Assembly: GCF_004010195.1 (NCBI RefSeq)
Contig: NC_057719.1
Coordinates: 93,201,946-93,265,945, forward strand
Length of the DNA stretch: 64,000 nt
Direction: 5' to 3'
DNA from: Chiloscyllium plagiosum
Taxonomy: Eukaryota
Below the pieces are notes generated by a model that worked only from the letters and a program-made list of their open reading frames with translations, had not been told where the DNA came from and did not search any database. The position numbers and the translations under genes were made by a program. This document shows positions 25,450 through 38,114 of the stretch, in pieces (the stretch's first letter is position 1; the number at the start of each line of letters is the position of its first letter).

Positions 25450-28170
25450 ACGTATAAGCCCAGATTAGATGTTTGCTCAGCACAGCACTGTGCAGCCCAG
25501 GCTCAGTAAAACGTTGCAATCTGTCCAGGACGGGGTACTGTGCAGCTCTCACCAGTCCTCTAGTTATCTTTCTAACTTGGGGAGCACTACACACCACATT
25601 GGTGCATTGATTCAACAACCCAGATGAAAAGGTCGGTCCAGCATGGGAATATATGCAGCCCATACCGATGTCTTGCGCTTTAAACATGAAAAAGGCATCT
25701 GTTTCGTATGAGGAGCTGTGCAGTGAATAACAGTTAGTTGATCTGTAAACCTGGTGCAGTTACCCTCCCGTGCATGTAGAGCTGTTACACCACCGCAGTG
25801 CATTGCTCAGTAACACTGTGTTAGATCACTGCAACGCGCCGGGAAACTTGCATCCCATTGCTGGTTGTGACAGGATGTGCAGCTCACATCCTTTTACAGA
25901 TTCATTCTGCCATGACAAAGGATGCTGTGAGTGTGAAAATCAATGCCAGATCAGATAGGCTGATAGAGTCATAGAGAAGTACAGCATGGAAACAGACCCT
26001 TTGGTCCATCCCGTCCATGCTGAACTGATATCCCAACCCAATCTAGTCCCACCTGCCACCTCCCGGCCCATATCCTTCAAAACCATTCCCATTCGTACAA
26101 CAACCCAAATACCTCTTAACTGTTGCAATAGTACCAGCTTCCACCATTTCCTCTGGCAGTTCATTCCATACCCGTTCCACTGTCTTTGTGAAATAGATAC
26201 CCCATATGTCTCTTTTATATCTTTCTCCTCTCACCCTAAACCTTTGCCCTCTAGTTCTGGACTCCCCGGCACAAGGGAAATGAATTTGCTTATTTACCCT
26301 ATCCATGCCCCCCACAATTTTATAAACTTCGATAAGGTTACCCCTCAGTCTCTGACGCTCCAGAGAAAACAGTCCCATGTTCACCCTCTCCCGAAAGCTC
26401 AAATCCTCCAACCCTGGCAACATCATTGTAAATCTTTTCTGAACCCTTTCAAGTTTCACAACATTTTTCTGTTAGGAAGGAGACTAGAATTGCATGCAAT
26501 ATTCCAACAGTGGCCTAATCAATGTTCTGTACAGCCGCAACATGACCTCCCAACTCCTGTACTCAATAGTCTGACCAATCAAAGAAAGCATACTTAACGC
26601 TTTCTTCTTTATCCTATCTATCAGCGATGCTACCTTCACGCAGTCACGAACCAGCACTCCAAGATCTCTTTGTTCAGCAACACTCCCTAGGACCTTACCA
26701 TTAAGTGTATAAGCCCTGCTAAGATTTGCTTTCCCAAAATGCAGCAACTCACATTTATCTGAATTAAATTCCATCTGCCACTTCTCAGCCCATTGGCCCA
26801 TCTGAGCAAGATCCTGTTGTAATCTGAGTTAACCCACTTCACTGACTGCTACACCTCCAACTTTGGTGTCATCAGCAAACTTACTAACTGAACCTCTTAT
26901 GCTCGCATCGCAATCATTTATGTAAATTACAAAACGTAGAGGGCCCATCACCGATCCTTGTGGTACTCCACTTGTCAAAGGCCTCCAATCTGAAAAACAA
27001 CCTTCACCACCACCCTCTGTCTTCTACCTTTGATCCAGTTCTGTACCAAATAACTCGTTCTCCCTATATTCCATGAGATCTAACCTTGCTAATCAGTCTC
27101 CATTGGGGAACCTTGTTGAACGCCTTACTGAAGTCCATATAGATCTCATCGACCGCTCTGCCCTAATCAATGCACTTTGTTACTTCTTAAAAAACTCAAT
27201 CAAGTTTGTGAGACGTGATTTCCCACGCACAAAGCCATGTTGACTATCCCTAATCAGTCCTTGCCTTTCCAAATTGTCGGGGCAATCAGTATAAATGCCA
27301 ACAAACAAAATATTTTGTAAAAAAAAAGAAACGGAGTCTGAGAGACAATTTCATGGAAGATCTCCGGCTTCGGAATGTTGAATTAACGTATTTTGACGTT
27401 TTGCAATTTGAGCCAGTATTCTCTGAAAGAGGATATTAGTGTGAATTCAGATGATGGACGAATTGATGAGCATTTGTTCTGCACCTCTTTAAATGTGAGT
27501 TTGCGCAGCAGAGTTTACAATTCATTGAGGTGAATGTAACAATAATTTTTCTCCGTGAATTTTTTATTGAGTGTGATAGAGGGATCGTCTGTCCGAGGCC
27601 GTGCAAGTTTCCTGGTGCTATCTTATAGAACTCACCTCAGTAATTACCTACCTCACCTCGTGGTGTCCTTCTCATTTAGTGCTAGCTTGATTCGCGCACT
27701 CATCAAGGCTGGAGGTACTCACAGTCGCCCTGATGTCCCTGGATAGTCCAAGATCCAAGGTAATGGCAGCATCTTTAAAAGGACAATGGGCACACAGTTG
27801 ACCTTTCTCAGTTTGGAGCTGCTCTGCTCAGTTTACCCGGGGCTTGGCAGGTAAGTGGCAATTGTACAATGAATTCTCGACAGGACCAGAGAATTCCAGA
27901 TGGATGGGTTAGAACAGAGGGGAACCATTCTCTTCCCATAGACGGCCACATTACCAGAACAACCGAGTTTGGTCTGGGCTTACCACTCAACTTCGTGCAG
28001 TATCTGCGGTCTGAAGAAATGTCCAGCAATACAAGACACGCATCACTAACGTTCCCTGCTCTGTTAGGACAAGGTTCACCTTATTCTCTCTGCTCCTTCA
28101 CTCAATGTATATCTGTATTAACACTTTCCCACGAACAAAGCGCATGTTCCACTCCTCTCTCTCTCTCTCT
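25450..28170. other. Segmental-duplication block X, copy 2 (degenerate 65-bp repeat + unique sequence), split by CR1
   Basis: 25700-25890 matches 405-575 (GGAGCTGTGCAG, GGGAAACTTGCA, GTGACAGGATGTG); 27300-27960 matches 600-1260; 27945-28170 matches 49935-50200. Confidence 0.75.
25965..27275 (-). mobile_element. Young 5'-truncated CR1-clade LINE
   Basis: WAEKWQMEFNSDKC, LIRPLLEYCMQF, KLERVQKRFT; close to 20615-21697. Confidence 0.93.
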
Positions 28171-28859
28171 CGCCTTTGAAATACCTCCACATGGTGATAG
28201 AATGTTCCAAAGAGTGCCGATTATTGATTGTTTCAGATAATGTTCCAAATAATTCCCATTTTCAGGAAAATGTCAATGCCCCACTACATAGCACTTTAGG
28301 GGAAGGAGTAAAGATATACGTTTTTAAAATCACATACAATTCAAATTCATCATGACAACATTCAGACCTTCAACAAGCTCTAGAATTTAATAAGATCGCG
28401 GCTGATCTTCGCTCCATGTTACAGGAAATTGCAGTTATTGAAACCCCTGGATTCCTGTGACAGAGCAGACGACACTTAGGGACATTGCCCCTGGTTTTCT
28501 TCAAGCGCCTGTTCGAGGGCATTTCCCATGGGAACGGACTCTCCTAACAATATATTCCATCAGCTTTATAACGATAAGTACATTTTACACAGATCAATGA
28601 AAAGAAACACTTATTTTATGTTTTTTGATATCCAATCACAATTAGCAATTCTGGTTATTTCACTTGTCTCACATTATTGTGCTCAGCCAAAGACAGCTTC
28701 TAAGTACTTGTCGCATTCTGAAATACAATTACTAGCAGAGATTTTTTTTAACCCTCAGCCATTATCTTGACCGTATTCTGTATTGTACCTTTTTCCTCGT
28801 GATGAAAGTTTTTCTTGCCCTTTGTCTGTGATTGGTTCAGTCTGCATTGGTCATACAGT

Positions 28860-29060
28860 TCCCGCAAAATTGCCTGGACGGCTGGTTTATGATGCAAAGG
28901 GAGGTCACCAGCGCAGGTTCAATTCCTCACACTGACAGAGGTTACAAGAAGGGGAAGCTCTCTCAATCTCACCCCATGACCCGGGGTGTGTTAACCCTCA
29001 GGGAAAATCACCATGAGTGGTCTCTCTGTAATGACAGGGCAGCCCCATGATCGTTTAAAA
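28860..29060 (+). mobile_element. tRNA-derived SINE-like repeat, degenerate
   Basis: Pol III B-box GGTTCAATTCC at ~28916; resembles a shark SINE family (from recall). Confidence 0.5.
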
Positions 29061-29554
29061 CTCTATTATATCACTGTTAACATTTTAAAATTTTACCTAT
29101 CTTATAATTTTCTTTTGCCTTGTCTAGATTTTCTGGAGCAGTGTGATTTTTGGACCACTGTCAGCATTTCCCCCACACTGCACATTACTGCCCATTCCCC
29201 GATAATCCTTGACACCGTTATTATTTCTGAAACTTTTGTCTGTGTCTCAGAAGTATTCAATTTCCCTGCTTCCAATGCTCTGCGGGGAAGATAGTCCCAA
29301 GACTCACAACACTGAGAAAACAAAAATTAACGACATCTGTGTGTGAAGTTGTTTTTGCCTCCTTACCGGAGAAAAGATATAATTATGTTGGTTGCGATTC
29401 AGATATGTTTCACTTCGCATATTCCAGGGACAAAGGGCTTATTTATGGAGGCTTTAACAGGCTACTCTTGGAATGAGAGCTGATCTTAATGAAGTATACA
29501 AAACCTTGTGGATCAGGTAGATACCCACTGGGTGTTGGTATAGTCCAACTTGTT

Positions 29555-29890
29555 GTCATTGTCATAGAACCTCGACAGTGTGGTTGCAGGACACTCTGCC
29601 CATCGAGTTCACACTGACCCATCAAACAGCATCTCATCCAAACCTGCGCCCCTACCCTATCCATGTAACTCTGCATTTCCCATGACTAACCCATTTGATC
29701 TACACATCCCTAGGCACTATGGACAATCTAGCATGGCCAATCCACTCCAAGCTGCACATCTTTGGATTATGGGAGTAAACTAGAGAACTAGGAGGAAACC
29801 CACACAGACACGTGGAGAACGTTCAAACTCCACACAGAGTGTGAGCTCCTTGGTGATATGAGGCAGCAGTGCTAAACATAGATCCATCAA
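29555..29890 (-). mobile_element. HE1/V-SINE-type SINE, degenerate
   Basis: GAGGAAACCCACACAGACACG.GGAGAACG..CAAACTCCACACAG, GAGGCAGCAGTGCTAA. Confidence 0.8.
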
Positions 29891-30202
29891 GCTGCTCTAT
29901 TTTTTCTATTGTTACATATGGCTGACTAAAGAGTTCTGTCTAACTTGTTACTATCACTGAACCTGACCCAGTCTGAGACCTTTATAATCGACCATGTCAT
30001 TAACCTGGCTACATTTAAAATTTGATTTGAGTAGTGCAGGACCACAAAAGGAAACAGTGACATCCTCCAATCTCAGTCAAAAACGAAGTGAGGAGAAATT
30101 CATAAAGTGGGAATTCTTTCAAGTGACAATTCTCCTTCACAGAAATTGAAGACCGCTGAAGCTTTATATCATATAAAGGCTGACTTTGTTTGAATTTCCA
30201 TA

Positions 30203-30746
30203 GACAAGTGAACCAGGGATAATGGAGAAAAGATAGGTGGATCAGTGATAATGTGGGATTGTCAGGTGAATCATGGGTAATCGGGATTGACAGTGAAACA
30301 GGAATAATGGGGTGCTGACAGGTGACTCATGGATAATGGCGGATATACAGGTGAATTAGGAATAATGTAGTATTGAACGGTGAATCGGGGTTAATAGGGA
30401 TAGACAGATTAATCAGGGTTAATGGGGATAGACAGGTGAATAAGGGATAATGGGAGTTTGACATGTGAATCAGTGCGAATGGGGCGAGACAGATAAATCA
30501 GGGTTAATGGGAGATAGACAGGTGAATCAGGGATAATGGAGTATTAACAGATGAATCAGTGATAATGGGGATAGACAGGTGAATCAGGGATAATGGGGGA
30601 TTGACAGATGAATCAGTGATAATGGGGATAGACAGGTGAATCGGGATAATGGGGGATTGACAGGTGAATCAGGGATAATGGAATATTGACAGGTGATTCA
30701 GGGATATTGGGGGATAGACAGGTGAATTAGGGAGAATGGTGGGTTG
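30203..30746. repeat. ~28-30-bp minisatellite (GACAGGTGAATCAGGGATAATGGGGATA), ~18 units
   Basis: Direct reading of tandem units; more homogeneous at 30510-30730. Confidence 0.9.
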
Positions 30747-30989
30747 ACAAAAAAGTGCAGCACCATAGTGAGATGAGCCATGACATTATTTCCTGTGTAG
30801 TAGTGTCAAAGGGCCGAATAGCCCACACTTGTCCCTCAGCCCTGTGTTCTGGTGTTCCATTCAGCCCTTCAGAACTGCAATACAGGAGCAGATCGAGGCC
30901 ACTTCGATGGTTAGGAGCAGTTTTGGAAATATACTTGGAAAATGTACAACGCAACTTCCAGGAAATTAATTTATGAATTTCCAAAAGCA

Positions 30990-32500
30990 TAACATGAGAA
31001 CAGAATAAATATGAACAAGAGTATGCTATTCGGCCCCTTAAGTCTGAACTGTCATTCAATAAGAACATGGTTGATCTACTCCAGGTCTCAACCCCACTTT
31101 CCTGTTAACCCCTTGTATCTCTCAACGCTCTAATATCTCAAAAAACAATGAATGCCGTATGGAAATTCATTCAGTGACCCAGCCTTCACATTCTCTGGGT
31201 TAAGGAATTCCAGTCATTCACTACCTTCTGAGAAAAGACTTTTTTGCATCTCAGTTTGAAATGGATATCCCTTATTCTTTATCTGTGTCTCCACGTTTGA
31301 TATTCTACCGAGGTGTGGAACCCCATTCTCAACATCTACCTTGTCAAGATCCCTCCGTATCTTGTACGTTTCAGTAATATTACCCTCATTCATTTGAACC
31401 ACAATGAATAATCGCTTCTCCATTTTAGATGTACTCAATTATTCAACCCTTTCATCCCCGAAACCGACCTGATGAATTAACCTAGTTACTTGCTGCATCA
31501 GCATGCTGACGTTACATTTCATGCACGGAACACTCAAATCTCTTTGTACTGCTTGTTAGTTTTAGTCCTCTTCATCAAATTGCCTGCATTTTGGTTGTAA
31601 GTGTCATCCTGAAGCTCGGATATATATTGCTCTCAGTACTCGCGGTCAGGTTATCAATATAGACTGTAAACAACTGTTGCCATCAGACTGATGTTTTTGG
31701 AAATCCAGTAGATATGTCTTTATCATAAAGATCAATGAATCCTGATTCTCCGATTTCTATGTGTAAACCAATCGTCACTCCATGGTAATACATTATCCAC
31801 CATACTATGAACTCCTGTCTTGTAAGAAAATTTATTATGGGATATGTTGTTGAAAATCTCTGGAACGTCTCATATCTACCAGTTCCCCTTCTTCAAGTCC
31901 ACTTGACACATTCTCAGGGATCCGCAGAAAATCTTTGCATGATTTTACAGGCAAAATATAGATCCCCTTTCACAAAACCATGCTGACACTGCGTGAAGCT
32001 TTTCCAAATATCCTGCGATTCCTTCCTGAATAACACACTCCAGCAGGTTCCCAGCAATAACGGTTCGGCTAAAAAGGGTCCTGCTTTCAGTCTTACTCCT
32101 TTCATGAATACATTGGATGTTCTCCAGTTTGGCTGGAACACTCCTGTAATCCAGGGAATTATGAAATATTTCACAAAAAGGCACCAGTCACTCTGTGACC
32201 TTTTTCTATTAAAATCAGCTATGATTTACTGCTGACCTGTTTACCGTTAATCATATGTGTTTATTAAAAACCTTGTTCCTTTTGTTAGAGACAGTTCAAG
32301 AAGTTCCCTTCAATGACCATTTTGTTTATATCATTGAAATACTTGCAGTGGCTTCGCCTGTGAGGAACAATGTAAAATACTGGTGCAAATTATCTGCGTG
32401 TTCCCAGTAGCCACTTCCCAAGTCACACCCTCCAAATGTCGTCAATATGCTTTCCTGACTTTATTTCTACCAAATGTCACACACTCATCGTGATTTTTTA
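30990..32500 (-). mobile_element. Old CR1-clade LINE, degenerate
   Basis: 3' tail at ~31000-31080; CQHGFVKG; NSLDYRSVPA..W. Confidence 0.7.
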
Positions 32501-32594
32501 TATACTCTGAAAAGCTCTTGATGCTTGCTTTTATATTTCTTACCAGTTTGCTTACATCATATCTTTTTGTACTTTTTCTTTTCCTCACTTTCTA

Positions 32595-32975
32595 GATTCA
32601 TACAGTCATATAGCGCACAAATAGACTGTTTGATGCAACTTGTTCATGCTGTCCAGGTTTTCCAAACTAAATTAATCCCATTTGCTTGCATTTGGCCCAT
32701 ATGCCGCTAAAGGTTTCCCATTCATATGTTTGACCAAATGTGTTTCAAATTTTGCAGCTGGAATTGCATCTACAATCTTTCTCTGGCAGCTCATTCCATA
32801 TGCACACCATTCTCTGCGTGAAAAGTTTGCCCCTTTGTCCCTTTTAAGTCTGCCCCTTTTCAACTTAAGTCTATGTCTTGTATGTTAGAACCTACCTATC
32901 CTTTCGAAAAGACCTTGCCTATTCACCCTATCCGTGCCTCCCATGATTTGATAATGTCTATAATGTCACCCATCA
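32595..32975 (-). mobile_element. CR1-clade LINE 3' end
   Basis: AYGPNASKWD; tail CTATATGACTGTATGAATC. Confidence 0.8.
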
Positions 32976-33229
32976 ACTTCCTACACTCCACCTTATACTA
33001 ACTTTAATATAAAGCATGTAAACACAAGCACTGCAAATTTGAAACAATATTAAAAATGACAGGTAAACAAACTTCATACTGTGATTTGTTTTTCTACATG
33101 TTACAATTCTAAGCCAGCATGAAACGCTTACTAGTGCCAAGAAGAAGTCAAACACCTAAATTCCTTTGTCTAAAGGGCGGGTGATGATTTCTGCAGTGAA
33201 AATATATCTCTGGCCAAGTCTTTTCAAGA

Positions 33230-34890
33230 CTACATCGTCGATATTCTTCAAACTGGTCTCCCTCTGACCTTGTGGTGTTGTGTCTTCTTTATCTTATACT
33301 CAGCAGAGAGAACCCCTTTCCCCCATTCACATATTAATTTAAATCCACTTTCAATCATTTTCTCGATCACCGTTTAAAGCCCGTTTACCTTTTGCCACAC
33401 CCTCATTTCCCCTTCACCCATCCCCCACCACTGTCACGGAATTAAAAATCCCGTTTTCCAATCCTTTCCAGCTCTGAAGAATCATCACGCTGGACTTGAA
33501 ATGCTGGCATTGTTTCTCTATCTCTGCAGATGCTGCGAGACGTGCTGAGTTTATCCAGAAATGAAAAAGCACAGCACAAATTTTCAATTAAACACATACA
33601 TATGGGTACTATTAATAAAAATACAAAATTGCTGGAGAAAGTGGGAGCTTTGTAGAAGCGTCATTGTACCGGCAAGATTAACACTGCATTCATTCCAGAA
33701 GATGCTGCCAGACCTGCTTAGTTTCTTCAGCAATTCTGTCTTTCAACAAGTTTCAAACGTGTGTGTCAAAGCTGCTCAAACATCCTGTCCAACATAGACC
33801 GGTGTACACTGGGAAGTGGACGACATTGCAAATTACACAAATCCATTGGCTCCGAAACTAAAATAGGCTGGCATTACTGACACTGCAGAACTTTTAATCA
33901 TGGTTTGGAATGGAAACAGATGGAAATGCATTCACCTCAAACACAGAAGATGGCATTAAGTGAAAGGAAAAGATTTCAGATGAATATTAGATTAGATTAC
34001 ATTACAGTGTGGAAACAGGCCCTTCGTCCCAACAAGTTCACACCGACCCGCCGAAGCGTAACCCACCCATACCCCTACATTTACCCCTTACGAGCAATTT
34101 AGCATGGCCAATTCACCTGACCTGCACATCTTTGAATTGTGGGAGGAAACCGGAGCACCCGGAAGAAACCCGCGCAGACACGGGGAGAACGTGCAAACTC
34201 CACACAGTCAGTCGCCTGAGGCGGGAATTGAACCCGGGTCTCTGGCCCTGTGAGGCAGCAGTGCTAACCACTGTGCCACTGTGCCGCCCAGAGGTTTGAA
34301 CAATGTAACAAATTGGAGGCGTGACAGCAAGGAGCGACCTTCGGAAGAATAAGAACATGTAAAATGAGGTGTCACTACATCAGAAACCAAGTTAGGAAAC
34401 TGAGTACAGGGCTGATAGGTGAATGGGTCTCTGAGTCAACTGGGGTCAGTCAGTCGAATTGAATCACAGATATTGAAGATCAAACTGGGTTATCGCCTGA
34501 TGCTGTAGAGTGCAGCAGCAGAAGCAGAAATGTATTCAAACACAATCTGTAACTTTTTCCGCATGTCATCCCTCAGCCAACCATTACCATCAAGATGATC
34601 CATGGTTCAGTGACGAGTAAGGGTGAACATGCACGCGTCGGAACCATGTGTACCTAAACCAGATGACAACCCATTAAAGCTACAGCACTTGCCTGGTCTA
34701 AAAAAACCAAACAACAGGACTAACATCTGATAGAGAGGGAGAAAAGCTCCTAAGACTAACAGTTCAGAACTAAGTTCTGTATTCCTACCACATCCAAGCA
34801 TAAATATCGATGGACTATTGAACAACTTACCTACTGGAGGAGAGGACTCCACAAGTATCCCCATTCTTAATATCGGAACAGCCCTGTGCA
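33230..34890. other. Segmental-duplication block Z, copy 2
   Basis: Colinear with 14280-15360 + 16200-16500; carries an HE1 SINE absent from copy 1. Confidence 0.8.
33985..34289 (-). mobile_element. HE1-type tRNA-derived V-SINE, near full length, young
   Basis: 5' GGGCGGCACAGTGGCACAGTGGTTAGCACTGCTGCCTCAC, B-box GGTTCAATTCC, V-domain GGGTTTCTTCCGGGTGCTCCGGTTTCCTCCCAC, (TAATC)n tail. Confidence 0.93.
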
Positions 34891-35330
34891 TTAGTGAAAA
34901 AAATCAAGTATATCGTGTCTGCACTATCCTCAGCCAGAGTTGTTGAGTCGTTTATCCACCTCACCCTCACCATCATGCCCAGAGAATAACAGATGCCAGT
35001 ATTTAATAAATTCGATTCGCTGCACGTGACCTAAAGAAAGCTGATCACAGTGGATAAGACAAAGGCAATGGGCCCTGACAATAATTCCTCCAAAAGTACT
35101 GAAAACCTGTGCTCTACAGCAAGCTGTATATCTAGGGAAGCTGTGTCATTCCAGCTCCAACTCTGACACCTCCCTGGCAATGTGGATAATTACTCAGCTA
35201 AGTCCAATCCTCTAAGAGCAGAATAATCACAATCTGACTAAATACGACCCTCTCAGTCCCATCACCATAGTCAAATTAGTGGGAGTTCTTTTTTGACAGA
35301 GCTGCTCAGCAGCACAGAAATAACCTGTTC
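34780..35330 (+). mobile_element. Degenerate non-LTR ORF2 fragment
   Basis: KAMGPDN...VLKTCA motif upstream of the RT domain. Confidence 0.7.
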
Positions 35331-35364
35331 AGTCTGGATTCCGATGGGTCTCCATATGGAGATG

Positions 35365-35780
35365 GTGTTGTTGTTGAAATATTACTGCATTACAGATCCA
35401 GACCAGGCGAAAGCTCTGGCAATAATTAATAAAATACGGAGACCGAAAATCTGGTGTCAGTCGCAGTGACCTTGAATTCAATGTCGATTGTAAACATCTG
35501 TCTCCTTGCCCAAAGTACTTACAGGAAGCAAATATTCCATGCTGACTGGTCGGGCGTAAAAGTGACTCCAGACAAACAGACATGCGATATACTCTTCAAT
35601 GGTCTCTAAAAAAACCAAGCAAGACACTCAATTACATCAAACTCCTCCTAGTTGTTAAAGGACAAACCCGGACAGAAGAGCCAGCCCCAGCTTTGGAATT
35701 GGTAAAGGGAATGGGAAACAGAGTCCTGTTGACCCTGCAGAGACCCCGTTCATAACACCTGTGAGCTTATTATAGAGCTT
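35365..35780 (+). mobile_element. Old SINE/LINE-5'-type repeat related to 49405-49650
   Basis: TGTCGATTGTAAA..CATCTG, GTGACTCCAGAC resemble the 49.4-49.6 kb copy. Confidence 0.45.
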
Positions 35781-36299
35781 TTCCACAGACTGCACAGAAA
35801 CGTTGGGAAAGGAGTACGCCATTCAACACATTGAGCCTCCCCCATTCCAGTTCCTGGAGAAAATCTCCACAATGCACTTTTCCCCACGCAATGTTCATAT
35901 CCCTTTGTCTGTTTCAACATCGTGAAATATAAAATAAGATTTACTGTAGTCCCTTTGGTCCATCAATTTTGCTCCCCCAATCTATATTCAGGTCGCTGTC
36001 CGAAAACACGTGTTTATTAAATACGATTTGGCTGCAACATGATTCGTGAAATACGCACCTTTCTGGACAAAGCAAGATCCTGTTCAGTGTTACGTAAGAT
36101 CGTCCCAGGCACCAGCTGAACAGCAAAACTCAGCCTCAAGATCTTTTGTCTGCAAAGTGTACATTCAGTGTCTTCAGCTAAAACATGAATGTAATCCGCT
36201 GTGCAAGCCTTGAACCTTAGCCTGAAACTGGGAATTTTAGTCTATGTTTAGAAGGAACTTTGTCACAAAGGAGTGGGATAACCTTCGGGAGAACTGGAT

Positions 36300-37300
36300 T
36301 TCCACGTGGTCAGTCGGTTAGCACGCTTTCTGGTGAAGTACTTGGTGAAAGGGACAGTGCTGTAGTGAGTGTCTCTCGTGTTAAAATGTAAGATTTACTG
36401 CAGTATTTCATTACATCAGATATGACTTAATGACTTACTTAGACTGTGCTAACATTTGTGTTCGGTTAACTGCTATCTTTGTTTTGATGTTTAATTATAT
36501 TTTGGTGGTTTGCCGCTTAACCGTTTTTTTCTTTTCCGACAGGTCCCCATTATTGATATTGTGCGATTTTCAATAGCTGAAAATGTGTTGCTGGAAAAGC
36601 GCAGCAGATCAGGCAGCATCCAAGGAGCAGGAGAATCGACGTTTCGGGCATGAGCCCTTCTTCAGGAACAATTTTCAATAACAAAGTGTTCCAGAGGAAC
36701 ACAGCCATCACATTATTGGCGAACTACGTGTCAAGATGGCTGATCCTCCCTCCCCAAATCATTCTCCTGCTCTGTCTCCATTACCTTAATATCGAGAAAT
36801 TCTTATTTATATTTAGTGCCTGGGTTTCCACAAAATTATGTGCAAAAGAATTCTCCAGATTCACCAGATTTTGACTGCTGACATTTATTATCCTCTCAAT
36901 GCAGAGTGACCTGCCTGTACATAATATTGTGGCCCCTTGTTTTCGACGTCCCGGCCAGGGGAATTATCATCCCTGCTACTAATCTATCTTGCCCTGTCGA
37001 GTTTTATATATTTCACTGTGATCTCCACTCATTTTCCTGTAGCCTTTGGCGTACAGGCCAAGTTGCCCCAAACTCTGCTCCCACAACAAGCCTGTCATCC
37101 CAGAGTTCAGTCTGGTCATCTTTCACTGCCCTCCCTCGATGTCAGGTTTGTCCTTTATTAGGTAGGATGATCAAAACAGCTCACAATACTGCACAGTTCG
37201 AGATCGGTTCTCACCAGGGCCGCGTACAGCTGCAGTAAAACCCCCTTACTCCTGGACTCAAACCCCCTTGAAATGAAGTTCAACACACCATTCATCTTCC
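36300..37300. other. Local duplication, paralogous to 40645-41495
   Basis: CACGTGGTCAGTC...GCTTTCTGGTGAAG..CTTGGTGAAAGG and CCTGGACTCAAA.CCCCTTGAAATGAA in both. Confidence 0.85.
36576..36668 (-). mobile_element. 93-bp Penelope terminal insertion containing a hammerhead motif, with TSD
   Basis: Near-identical to 8615-8707; flanked by ATTTTCAATA at 36566-36575 and 36671-36680; paralog at ~40895-40915 is an empty site. Confidence 0.85.
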
Positions 37301-38100
37301 TAACTTCTTATCTGTTCCTGCAACCTTACTTTCAGTGACTAGTGTACAGGGAATTCCAGGTCTTTTTCAATGTTACAGCTACCCACTTGATGGGTCCATG
37401 TACACTGGTTAGCGTGCCAATGCCATGCCCAGTGTTAACTTCTGGGTTCAGAACTCATTGCTCTGCATGGACCTTAGAAGTCTGCGCAGTACGAAACAAA
37501 AAAGGAACACAATTCCCTTTTTGGAATAACATTTTATAAACTTTTCAAATTGTAGGCTGCCGTACTATTTCTCCCATCAAAGGGCATAAAGTCACATCTG
37601 CCCACATGCTCTCCATCTGCCTTTCATTTGCCTACACACTCAGTTTACTTCAATCACCTTGGAGCATTGTTTTCACATCCTGCTCACCCACTCACAACCC
37701 AGCATCGATAAATGCGATCTGCAGGCTTGGAACTATTATATTTGATTCCCTCTAACAAGAATTTGGTGCATATTTTCAATAGCTGGTGCCCAAGCTCTGA
37801 TTACTGCTATATCCCCCAATCCTTCCACGCTAAAAACATTGTTTTATTCCAACGCACTGTTTCCTGTCAGCTCTCCCATTTTAAATCTAATCCCTAATAT
37901 TAGCCCCAGTCCCAAAAGATTCAGTTTTGCTAGTAGACTTGTGGTTTTATCAAAGACATTTCTGAAAATCCAATCGTATTGCATTGATTGCTTCTCCATA
38001 ATTTTACTGAAAGTCAGTTTCTCAAATATGATTCACACTTGATAAATGTCTGTTAACTTTGTCGAAGCCCATTACTTTCAGTCCCAATACGTTCTCTAAG
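36720..38100 (-). mobile_element. Old CR1-like LINE fragments
   Basis: Antisense remnants of LVR..LE..VL, GGFESRSKG and D.QKCL.K motifs. Confidence 0.55.
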
Positions 38101-38114
38101 ATGTTTGTTTTAGA

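Noticed and set aside
34215..34289. tRNA gene
   Set aside because: The A/B boxes belong to the tRNA-derived head of an HE1-type SINE and continue into the SINE body
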